The translations under genes and the position numbers were made by a program. From Candidatus Latescibacterota bacterium (GTDB taxonomy: Bacteria; Latescibacterota; UBA2968; UBA8231), in assembly GCA_965215195.1 (NCBI GenBank), contig CBDCDC010000002.1, forward strand, positions 96,001 through 160,000: a stretch of 64,000 nucleotides of DNA. Direction: 5' to 3'. Shown piece by piece: positions 18,483 to 26,903 of the stretch (position 1 is its first letter; each line of letters starts with the position of its first letter). The notes beneath the pieces were generated by a model that was not told where the DNA came from, ran no database searches, and saw nothing but the letters and a program-made list of their open reading frames with translations.

Positions 18483-19802
18483 ATGAACGCGGATTTAGAC
18501 CTTGGGGCCCTGCGCGTCGTCGAGACCTTGCGCCGGGCCGGCTTCCAAGCCCTGCTGGCCGGTGGTTGCGTGCGCGACTTGGCGTTGGGCCGCGCACCCA
18601 AGGACTGGGATGTGGCTACGGATGCCGGGCCGGAAGAGGTGGCTGCGCTCTTTGAGCACACAGTGGCGGTGGGCGCGCAGTTTGGCATCTCGGTGGTAGT
18701 GCTCGACGAGGGCCACTACGAGGTGGCGCGCTTCCGCCGCGATGGCCCGTACCGCAATGGCCGCCATCCCGCATCCATTGAGCCGGCCAATGCCCGCGCC
18801 GACGCCCAGCGCCGCGACTTTACCATCAATGGCCTGTTCTACGACCCGGAAAGCGGTGCGCTCCTCGATTACGTCGGCGGGCAGCGCGACCTCCGCGCCA
18901 AGGTCATCCGCGCCATTGGCGACCCGGCCGCACGCTTTGCCGAAGACGACCTGCGTCTGTTGCGGGCCGTGCGCTTTGCGGCCCGGCTCGGCTTCGCCAT
19001 TGAACCCGCGACGTGGGACGCGCTCTGCGCCCGGGCCGGGTGCCTTGCCGGCGTCAGTGCCGAGCGCCTCCGCGACGAGCTGACCCTGCTGTTGACCGAG
19101 GGCGGGGCCGGGCGCGGCTTATGCCTGTTGGACCAGTCGGGCCTGCTGCCAGCCGTGCTGCCGGAAGTCGCGGCCATGCGGGGCGTGCCGCAGGAGGCTG
19201 AATTCCATCCCGAAGGCGACGTGTGGACCCACGTCCAGCTCCTCTTTGAGCATCTCGACGAGCCGTCGGCCACACTGGCTTGGGGCGCGTTGCTGCACGA
19301 CATTGGCAAGCCGCCAACGATGGTAAAGGCCGAGCGCATCCGCTTCCACGGCCACGACGCAATTGGGGCCAAAATGGCCGCCGCGATCTGCGGCCGGCTG
19401 CGGATGTCCAACGAGGTACGCGAGCGCATCAGCAGGCTCGTGGCCGACCACATGCGGATCGGCCACGTGCGCCAGATGCGCCCGAGTACGCGCCTGCGCC
19501 TGTTGCGCGAGCCGCACTTTCCCGAACTGCTCCAATTGCACCGCGCCGATTGCTTGGCCAGCCACGGCCAGCTCGACCTGTACGAGTTTTGCCAAGAGCA
19601 GTTGGCCGATCTAAAAAAGGAGCAATTGCGCCCGCCGCGCCTGATTTCGGGGAGGGACCTGATTGCTTTGGGATTGCAGCCTGGGCCGCGCTTTAGGGAA
19701 ATTCTCACCGCTGTCGAGGATGCTCAGTTGGAAGGGCGGATCGACAGCCGCGAGGAGGCGCTGCGTTTTGTGCGGCGCAATTTCAGCACCGGCCCTGCCT
19801 AG
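18483..19802 (+). CDS. cca: CCA tRNA nucleotidyltransferase with HD domain
   Basis: GGCVRD...DWDVAT, RRDFTIN, EDDLRLLRA, LLHDIGK. Confidence 0.9.
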   Translation: MNADLDLGALRVVETLRRAGFQALLAGGCVRDLALGRAPKDWDVATDAGPEEVAALFEHTVAVGAQFGISVVVLDEGHYEVARFRRDGPYRNGRHPASIEPANARADAQRRDFTINGLFYDPESGALLDYVGGQRDLRAKVIRAIGDPAARFAEDDLRLLRAVRFAARLGFAIEPATWDALCARAGCLAGVSAERLRDELTLLLTEGGAGRGLCLLDQSGLLPAVLPEVAAMRGVPQEAEFHPEGDVWTHVQLLFEHLDEPSATLAWGALLHDIGKPPTMVKAERIRFHGHDAIGAKMAAAICGRLRMSNEVRERISRLVADHMRIGHVRQMRPSTRLRLLREPHFPELLQLHRADCLASHGQLDLYEFCQEQLADLKKEQLRPPRLISGRDLIALGLQPGPRFREILTAVEDAQLEGRIDSREEALRFVRRNFSTGPA

Positions 19803-19954
19803 TCGGCGGGCTGTTGGATCTGTTGAGTGTAGGGTTTGCAGACGGGTGCTGTTGGAACCGTTCCCATTGCGCAGCTTGCGCGGTAAAGTTCCCGATCTTC
19901 AATGGCAAATACGGCGGTAGCCACTATGTTTCCGTCCCAAGTGTGCTCAGCGAC

Positions 19955-20068
19955 CCCGCGTTCAAACAGCGGCTTGACGAGGTGCGATCCATTAAGCAAG
20001 GTATGATACAGCAGCTTCTCACCGGCCGGGTGTGGGTGGTGAAATTTGCCCAGTGGAACTGGCTATAG
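19955..20068 (+). pseudogene. C-terminal remnant of a type I R-M specificity subunit (HsdS)
   Basis: KQRLDEVRSIKQGMIQQLLTGRVWV matches the typical HsdS end (KQGMMQxLLTGxxR). Confidence 0.6.
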
Positions 20069-20142
20069 AAGGATTGCAGGCTTGGAGAAGCACATGACGC
20101 GATCAACCAACTACAAAGTTAGAGTTCTCGAATTGTAGGAGG

Positions 20143-20796
20143 ATGTACATGAAACGTCCCGAAGTCGTGCTGATGGCCATGGCGGCCGGTGGAGCAGGGG
20201 CGCAATTCGACCCAGTGCGAGTGCAAAAGCTTCTCTTTTTGGTCGATACAGAGATCCCACAGTTCCTTGAGGGGCCGTACTTTGATTTTAAGCCCTACGA
20301 CTACGGTCCATTCGATGTGGCCGTGTACCGAGAGCTCGATAAGTTATCTATGGAAAACGAAGTGAGCATCAACTATTCTGACAGGTATCGCCTGTACTCA
20401 CTGACGGACTCTGGTCACGCACGGGGTACGGCGATGTTGGCAGAGCTTCCGCAGTTGGTCGCTCGCTATCTGAAGGACACTGCCCAATGGGTTCTCTCGC
20501 GGACACTCAGACAACTGCTGGCCGCCATTTATCAGCGTTATCCCGCTATGGCGGTGAACAGCATCGTTCCATACGTAGCCTCGCCGCACCTTCGGACGTC
20601 GTATCTGTTGCCGACGCCTTCCTTCCTCTCCGGCATGGCGCGGACTTTGGATTTCATGGGAACTCTCGACGACCTGCCTATCGGGGAAAAAGAAAAACAG
20701 ATGGATGCCTTGGCGATCCGTAAGGATTGGATCGCAACTGGATACGATATAGAAGGTGCCATGGAGCGGGCGCAATCATCCGGTAATTTTCAGTGA
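20143..20796 (+). CDS. SocA/Panacea (DUF4065)-like protein with a C-terminal domain typical of DUF2335-partner proteins
   Basis: VQKLLFL...FKPYDYGPF; C-terminus SFLSGMARTLDFMG...DALAIRKDWIATG. Confidence 0.6.
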   Translation: MYMKRPEVVLMAMAAGGAGAQFDPVRVQKLLFLVDTEIPQFLEGPYFDFKPYDYGPFDVAVYRELDKLSMENEVSINYSDRYRLYSLTDSGHARGTAMLAELPQLVARYLKDTAQWVLSRTLRQLLAAIYQRYPAMAVNSIVPYVASPHLRTSYLLPTPSFLSGMARTLDFMGTLDDLPIGEKEKQMDALAIRKDWIATGYDIEGAMERAQSSGNFQ

Positions 20797-20978
20797 GCCG
20801 CAAACGCCGCCAGCAGCGTCGATCTACCAAGCCGCAATTGCCTGCTAATCGCGAAGCTACGGACGATTCGGTCGAGACCTCCGACGAGTTGGAGGCCGTT
20901 GTTCGGAGGGAGGTCAGTAATTTTGCACAGGAAATACTGGTTGCCGAACAAGAATTGTTTTTAGGGCCGCTCCCTTAA
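20793..20978 (+). pseudogene. Truncated DUF2335-like gene
   Basis: Stops right at FLGPLP, the start of the conserved FSGPLPPP domain; the TM part is missing. Confidence 0.5.
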
Positions 20979-21145
20979 TGACTGGCGAATCGTCGCCCCC
21001 TCCATCGCTGCCTCGTTCTCCGCAATAGCAAAATCCTCCCCGCAAGATCCACGACTTCACGGTCTGCGACGCAGTTGAGCGTCCGCAACCCAAGCGCACC
21101 GCCGCGTGTCGCAGTGGGCACCAGCAACTGCGGGCTAGACGAATG

Positions 21146-22369
21146 CTACGAGGCCGGCGGCTCAATTTGGTCTAATAAAGCGATGACGTCTTTGGGCTGA
21201 ACCTTGTTTTTAAAGAAGAAGATCCCCCCAGGTACATCGGTGAAATCATCCTCGCTGACGTTGAGGTTGGACGAGACGGCCACGAGCAAGTCCTTGCGCT
21301 GAGCTTGGCGCAGTTTTTCGAGCTTGCGCCTTAGGTACTCGGGCCGCCAGTAGCCCATGATTTCCAAAAGCGCCGTGCGGCCGTCGGGATGGCGGAAGGT
21401 AAAGTCCGGGATCATCACCGTCTCTTTGAGGTTGACGATTTCGCTTTCCCGCTCTAGCTGCCATTGGGTTTTGGCCTTGGCAAAGCGCGCGACAAACGTT
21501 TCCTCCAGCAGGGAGTCGTACAGGGTCTGGTCCCGGTAGTGGGAGACTAGGCCCGACTGATCGTCGAGGACGAAGTGCTGACGGCGGCCATCCTTGCGGA
21601 CGATAGCGGCTTGCATTGACCAGCGGGTACACAGCAATAGGGCCGGGAGGAAAATCGCCATTTGCAGGCCGTATTTCTGCGAGTGGCGGAACATACTCAC
21701 CGGGCCATCGAGCCCGATCTCATAGCCGGCATCGACATCGCCTTCAATGGTGTGGATCAGCCGGTAGAACTTGATGAACTTGAAAAGCTGCTTGTAGCGC
21801 ACCGGCAGGTTGCGGTACACGCTTAGGCGCAGGACTTCGCAGCGGTAGAGCATGGCTTGGGCTAGTGCCACGTTGTAGCGCAGGAGCAACTCGTTGGGCG
21901 AGGGCGCGGCAAAGGTCGCAAGCTGGTGGTTTTCGGGCAGGTCGGCGTACAGCCCTGCGAGTACGTCTGCGCTGTTGATCTGGTGTTTGAGGGCGACCTG
22001 TTCGAGCAGATCCTCGCGCTTGACTGGGTAGATGAGGCTGGTCTCGCGGACGACCGGATGGTGGGCGCGGGCTAAGGTAAAAACGGCGCGGCGCAATTCT
22101 TCGGGGGGCTGGGGGCTGGCGACGTGGAATTCGCAGTAGTGATCGCAGAGTAGCTTGGCTAGGCCGCGCTGGATGCGGTAGTCGGTGCGGTCCCCGGCGA
22201 GCAAGTGGAGGGCGTGTTGTAGCTCTCGCCGGGTTTTGCCTTGGTGTTCGGCGTGGACCTCGATGAGTGCTTGGGCTAGGTCGATCAGGGCCGGGTCCTC
22301 AACGGCGACATAGCGCGGTTCAATATAGGGGCCGCGCGAGCGAGTAAGCAGCAGATCCGAGGTCAGCAC
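21146..22369 (-). CDS. DUF790 family endonuclease (Bax1-like)
   Basis: GTG start LTSDLL, LYADL, RYNVALAQ, DGPVSMF, IPDF...LEIMGYW (PD-ExK-like). Confidence 0.85.
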   Translation of the reverse strand: MLTSDLLLTRSRGPYIEPRYVAVEDPALIDLAQALIEVHAEHQGKTRRELQHALHLLAGDRTDYRIQRGLAKLLCDHYCEFHVASPQPPEELRRAVFTLARAHHPVVRETSLIYPVKREDLLEQVALKHQINSADVLAGLYADLPENHQLATFAAPSPNELLLRYNVALAQAMLYRCEVLRLSVYRNLPVRYKQLFKFIKFYRLIHTIEGDVDAGYEIGLDGPVSMFRHSQKYGLQMAIFLPALLLCTRWSMQAAIVRKDGRRQHFVLDDQSGLVSHYRDQTLYDSLLEETFVARFAKAKTQWQLERESEIVNLKETVMIPDFTFRHPDGRTALLEIMGYWRPEYLRRKLEKLRQAQRKDLLVAVSSNLNVSEDDFTDVPGGIFFFKNKVQPKDVIALLDQIEPPAS

Positions 22370-22374
22370 GGTGC

Positions 22375-23730
22375 CTACTCGTAGGCTTCGTGGCGGCGGC
22401 GGCGGTCGCTGATGCGGTCTTCGACCGTGTCCTTGGAGACCACTTCGTAGAGCACGGCCTCCTTGCCTTGGCGGCGGCGCAGGATGCGCCCGAGGCGCTG
22501 GACGTGCTCGCGGATAGTTCCCGAGCCAGAGAGGACTACCGCGACGTTGGCTTCGGGGATGTTGACGCCCTCGTTGAGCACTTTTGAGGCGACGAGGGCG
22601 AGGTACTCCCCCTTGTTGAAGGCTTCGAGAATGGCCTTGCGCTCCCGCGTGCGGGTGCGGTGGGTAATGGCCGGGACTAGGAAGGTGCGGGAAATTTGAT
22701 GGACGGTCTCGTTGTCGTTGGTAAAAATCAACACGCGGTCGCGCGGGTGGGCCTTGAGGATATCTTCGAGGACGCGGACCTTGGCGGTCGCGCCGAGGGC
22801 GAGCTGGCGGTGGCGGCGGTAGGCGTGCATGGCGCGCCGGCCGCTGGTGCTTTGGGCCGAGAGCATGACGAAGTGCCGCCAGCCATCGGCCGTGCCGAGG
22901 CGGATGTTCTTGTCGGCGAGGAAGGCCCGGTACTCGTCGCGGGCGGCCTCGTACTGGACGCGCTCCTCGGCGACCATATCCACTTGGCGGCGCTCGACGC
23001 GGTAGTCGGCCAAGTACTCGCCGGACAAGGCGCGGATGCCGCGCTCGTACGCGAGCGGACCGACGAGGGTGTCGAGGAGCACGTGGCGGCCATCGGCGCG
23101 TTCCGGCGTGGCCGTCAGCCCTAGGCGGTAGGGTGCTAGGCACATTTCAGCGGCGTGGCTGTACATTTCGCCGGGCAGGTGGTGGACCTCGTCGAAGACT
23201 ATGAGGCCGAAGCGGTTGCCGTAGCGGTCCATCTGCATATAGGCACTGTCGTAGGTGGCGACGGTCAGGTCGGCTAGCTCGTGGTAGCCGCCGCCGAGCA
23301 GGCCGACCTCAACAGCAAACGAGCGGCTGAGCAGGTCGTACCACTGGTTCATTAGGTCAATGGTCGGAGCGACGACGAGGGTGCTGCGCTGGACTTCTTC
23401 CATAGCCATGAGCGCGACCTGCGACTTGCCCGTGCCCGTGGGCAAGACGACCACGCCGCGGCAGCCGTGCTGTTGCCAAGCGGCGATGCTTTCGGCTTGG
23501 TGCGGGTGCGGCTCAGGTGCGGTGCGCAGTTGCAGGGAAAGGGTATTGTAGCGCGGGGCCGTATTCTTGAATGCGACTCCGTGCCGCTTGAGGTGTTCGA
23601 CGCTTTCGCGGTAGAAGTGGGCTTGGGCGCGCCAGTGATCGACGCGCACGTCCCAGACAAAGGCCGGGGGCGCATCCGCTCCCCGATAGTCGCGCAGGAG
23701 CAAGGTTCCTTCTTCAAAGGTCAGACGCAT
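22375..23730 (-). CDS. XPB/Rad25-like SF2 helicase
   Basis: LPTGTGKS, DEVH, GLTATPER, QRLGRILR. Confidence 0.9.
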   Translation of the reverse strand: MRLTFEEGTLLLRDYRGADAPPAFVWDVRVDHWRAQAHFYRESVEHLKRHGVAFKNTAPRYNTLSLQLRTAPEPHPHQAESIAAWQQHGCRGVVVLPTGTGKSQVALMAMEEVQRSTLVVAPTIDLMNQWYDLLSRSFAVEVGLLGGGYHELADLTVATYDSAYMQMDRYGNRFGLIVFDEVHHLPGEMYSHAAEMCLAPYRLGLTATPERADGRHVLLDTLVGPLAYERGIRALSGEYLADYRVERRQVDMVAEERVQYEAARDEYRAFLADKNIRLGTADGWRHFVMLSAQSTSGRRAMHAYRRHRQLALGATAKVRVLEDILKAHPRDRVLIFTNDNETVHQISRTFLVPAITHRTRTRERKAILEAFNKGEYLALVASKVLNEGVNIPEANVAVVLSGSGTIREHVQRLGRILRRRQGKEAVLYEVVSKDTVEDRISDRRRRHEAYE

Positions 23731-23815
23731 AGGCACAGATTGATTAGGAGGAAGGGAAATGATACATTGGGGCCACAGAGCGAGCAAGACATCATCAACC
23801 AAGGAGACATGCGAC

Positions 23816-24763
23816 ATGGACCTAGCCCGAGTGGGTTTGGCGCGCGCCGGTGCGCGGCGGGCCAACGTATATCAAGCGCTAAATTGGGTGCGCGAGGACG
23901 TCGAGCCTAAGCTGGCCGCCCAAGTGATGCTCAAGCCGAACTTCCTGTCCAGCGAAAATCCCCTCGCCTCAACCCACGCCGACGCCATGCGCGGTGCGAT
24001 TGACTTCCTGCTCAGCGCGGCGCGGCCACCCGAGGAGATCGTCATTGCCGAAGGCGGCAACGAGAAGTATTCGGGCGAGGCGTTTGCCAATTTCGGCTAT
24101 GGCGCACTCGTCGAAGAATACCCGCTGCCGATTCGCTTGGTCGATCTGCATCAGGAGACGCGGTGGGAAGAGACCACAATTCACATGGCCGGCGGCGTTG
24201 AGGCGACCGTGCGGATGCCGAGCGCGGTGCGCGAATGCCCCTGCACCATTTCGGTGGCCGTGGCCAAAACCCACGACGTGTGCGTGGTCACGTTGGCGCA
24301 GAAGAATATGATCATGGGGACGCTGCACAAAGAGGATCGCATCAAGATGCACGGCTATCCCTCGCACGCCGAGCGCGTGTTGCCCAGCGAAGCCGAGGTG
24401 CTCAACGTGAACTTGATTCGCTTGGCCCAGTACCTCAAGCCGGACATTGGGATCGTCGATGGCACGGTGGGCTTGCAGGGCAATGGCCCCGGGGGAACCG
24501 ATGCTGTTCCTATGGGTGCAGCCGCGGCATCGGCCGATGTGTTTGCCGTGGATGCGGTCGTGGCCAAGGCCATGGGCTTTGAGCCGATGGAACTGGGCCT
24601 TTTGCACTACGCCGACACCTTGGGCTACGGCGTGGCTGACTTGGAGCGGATCGAGGTGCGGGGCGTGCCCATTGCCGAGGTCGCCTGTGCCTTCAAGCCG
24701 CACGCGACGACCGCGCAGCAGATGCAGTGGCGCAGTGCGGCAACAGCGCAGTTTTTGCCGTAG
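23816..24763 (+). CDS. DUF362 family protein
   Basis: LKPNFL...TH, KTH...TLAQKN, IVDG..G.QGNGP, DVFAVD. Confidence 0.8.
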   Translation: MDLARVGLARAGARRANVYQALNWVREDVEPKLAAQVMLKPNFLSSENPLASTHADAMRGAIDFLLSAARPPEEIVIAEGGNEKYSGEAFANFGYGALVEEYPLPIRLVDLHQETRWEETTIHMAGGVEATVRMPSAVRECPCTISVAVAKTHDVCVVTLAQKNMIMGTLHKEDRIKMHGYPSHAERVLPSEAEVLNVNLIRLAQYLKPDIGIVDGTVGLQGNGPGGTDAVPMGAAAASADVFAVDAVVAKAMGFEPMELGLLHYADTLGYGVADLERIEVRGVPIAEVACAFKPHATTAQQMQWRSAATAQFLP

Positions 24764-24781
24764 GGAGTGTTGGAATCCGCA

Positions 24782-26089
24782 ATGCGTATAGACCGCCTCG
24801 ACATCCAGAATTTCCGCTGCTTTGCAGACCAGGCGTTTGTCTTTGACCCCCGATTTACCTTGCTGATCGGCGCAAACGGAACCGGTAAAACGGCAATTCT
24901 CGACGCCTTGGCCGTTGCCTTGGGGGCTGCATTGATCCCGATTCCCCATGTACAGAGCAGGGGGATCGGCCATCGAGATGTTCGTCGCACCTATCGATTC
25001 ACGGGTGAGACCGGACACTTTGTGGAACACTATCCGGCCCGCATTGAGGCGAGCGGAACCGTTGGGGAAAGGGAACTGGTTTGGGTGCGCGAGTTGAAGT
25101 CTGCAAAGTCCCAGACGACCCGGGCAGGAGCTTATGCAATCAGGCAAGCAATGGGGGACTTGGTCCGTCGAAGCACTGACAACGATCGCATCGCTTTCCC
25201 CTACATCGGCTACTACGGCACTAACAGGTTTTGGCTTGAGCAACGGTCAACAGCTAAAGGAAAAGTCGATCCGGTCGGGCGTAGTTCGCGCTACATTGGT
25301 TATCAGACTTGCCTAACCCCAATCTCGTCCACGCGGTACCTAACCGCATGGGTCAAGCGCCTCGCCCTCATTGAGGCCCAGCGGAGGGAACGCCTAAAAA
25401 CGCTTCACGCCGTTTACAAGGCCATTGCCGCTTGCGTCGAGGATGCCATCGCCGCGGAGTTCGACTTTGAAGAAGATGACATCGTCGTTGAGTTTGGCAA
25501 AGACGCCCACATTCCCTTTCAACTGTTGAGCGACGGCCAACGAAGTATGGCGGCCATTGCTGCCGACATGGCCATGCGCTGCTCCCAACTCAACCCGCAC
25601 CTGAACGAACGAGTGCGCATGGAGACCCCCGGCATTGTGTTGATTGACGAGCTCGATCTGCACCTTCACCCACGATGGCAGCGCGGCGTCATAGAAGACT
25701 TGCTCGAGACGTTTCCCCGGCTGCAGTTCATCGCGACTAGCCACTCTCCGTTTGTCATTCAGTCCGTACATCAGGGCGGTGTAATCAACCTCGATCAGGG
25801 CGATGACGGCCCCGAGACGCCGGAGTTGCAGAGCATTGAGGATGTCGCCGAAAACGTCATGGGCGTTGACCTGCCGCAACAAAGCCTGCGTTTTCAGAAA
25901 ATGGTGGCCGCGGCCGAGGAGTATTATCGTCTCATTGAAAGTAGTTCAACTGAGAACGACTCGGAGGTCAAAGCCCTCCGCGAGCGACTTGACGAACTGG
26001 AAGAACCCTTCGCAGACAATCCGGCCTATGTCGCATTCTTGCGCTTACAGAGGACGGCCAAAGTTGGACCAACTCATGCGCAGAGTTGA
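24782..26089 (+). CDS. ABC-type ATPase, PtuA/Septu-like
   Basis: GANGTGKT, LSDGQR signature, LIDELDLHLHPRWQ, ATSHSP. Confidence 0.85.
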   Translation: MRIDRLDIQNFRCFADQAFVFDPRFTLLIGANGTGKTAILDALAVALGAALIPIPHVQSRGIGHRDVRRTYRFTGETGHFVEHYPARIEASGTVGERELVWVRELKSAKSQTTRAGAYAIRQAMGDLVRRSTDNDRIAFPYIGYYGTNRFWLEQRSTAKGKVDPVGRSSRYIGYQTCLTPISSTRYLTAWVKRLALIEAQRRERLKTLHAVYKAIAACVEDAIAAEFDFEEDDIVVEFGKDAHIPFQLLSDGQRSMAAIAADMAMRCSQLNPHLNERVRMETPGIVLIDELDLHLHPRWQRGVIEDLLETFPRLQFIATSHSPFVIQSVHQGGVINLDQGDDGPETPELQSIEDVAENVMGVDLPQQSLRFQKMVAAAEEYYRLIESSSTENDSEVKALRERLDELEEPFADNPAYVAFLRLQRTAKVGPTHAQS

Positions 26090-26702
26090 GCGAGGACCGT
26101 GGCCTCTGGACGACGCGAACAACCCCAAGAGTTTCCAGCCTTACAACAAAGCAAAGGCCGATCTGCTCAGCAGACTCGGCGAATACTGTAGCTATTGCGA
26201 GCGCCTAGGCGACCTGCACGTCGAACACGTCGTTCCCAAGCGTTATCGGCCCGACTTAGAGCAAGAGTGGACGAATTTTTTGCTCGGCTGCGCGAACTGC
26301 AACGCAATCAAGGGCGATAGAAACCTTTCCCGGAACGGCTACATGTGGCCGGATCAAGACGACACCGAGGCCGTCTTCTCCTATTTGCCCGACGGAATTG
26401 TTCGAGTGCGAGACGATCTTTCCGAGCCAATCCGAACAAAGGCGCAGAAGTTGTTTGATCTCGTCGGACTCGGCCGTTGTCCGGTAAATGAGTCCCGGGC
26501 GCGGGATTTGAGATGGCGCAAGCGCCGCGAGGCGTGGGGGCTGGCCAAGTCCGCACAGCAGCTAGTCAAACAAGGAGCCGATATTGACTGGATGATCCAG
26601 TTGGCGAAGGCAGTTGGCTTCTTCTCAGTATGGATGACTGTATTCGCCGACGATCCTCAGATGTGTGATCGCCTGCGCCGGAGCTTCCTTGGGACGCGAT
26701 GA
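26076..26702 (+). CDS. HNH endonuclease, PtuB/Septu-like
   Basis: YCSYCE, VEHVVPK, W.NFLLGCANCNAIKG; overlaps the ATPase stop. Confidence 0.85.
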   Translation: MRRVERGPWPLDDANNPKSFQPYNKAKADLLSRLGEYCSYCERLGDLHVEHVVPKRYRPDLEQEWTNFLLGCANCNAIKGDRNLSRNGYMWPDQDDTEAVFSYLPDGIVRVRDDLSEPIRTKAQKLFDLVGLGRCPVNESRARDLRWRKRREAWGLAKSAQQLVKQGADIDWMIQLAKAVGFFSVWMTVFADDPQMCDRLRRSFLGTR

Positions 26703-26903
26703 AAGGCAGTTTCACGATGTATGCGTGATGACCACGCAATTCAACGGCGTAGTAGCTCCAGTAGCGCGAGGCGTCAATGGCGCGTTTTTGCTGGGAAGCG
26801 TTGGTTTAGGGTAACATTTTGCGTCGGCACAGGTGTTTCAAGGAACGAAAAGACAGCATTTAAGAGCCTATCCCTTTCGGGGCAATTCTAAATAGGACCA
26901 ATC

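Noticed and set aside
22370-23143. Arg-rich N-terminal extension of the 665-aa ORF (similar extensions on 7266..8276, 25803..26702, 62336..63796)
   Set aside because: These are alternate-frame read-through of the neighbouring gene; the real starts lie downstream.
24764-26903. Retron (Ec78-like) associated with PtuAB
   Set aside because: No reverse transcriptase (YADD-type) ORF in the window, and no convincing msr-msd inverted repeats in the flanks.
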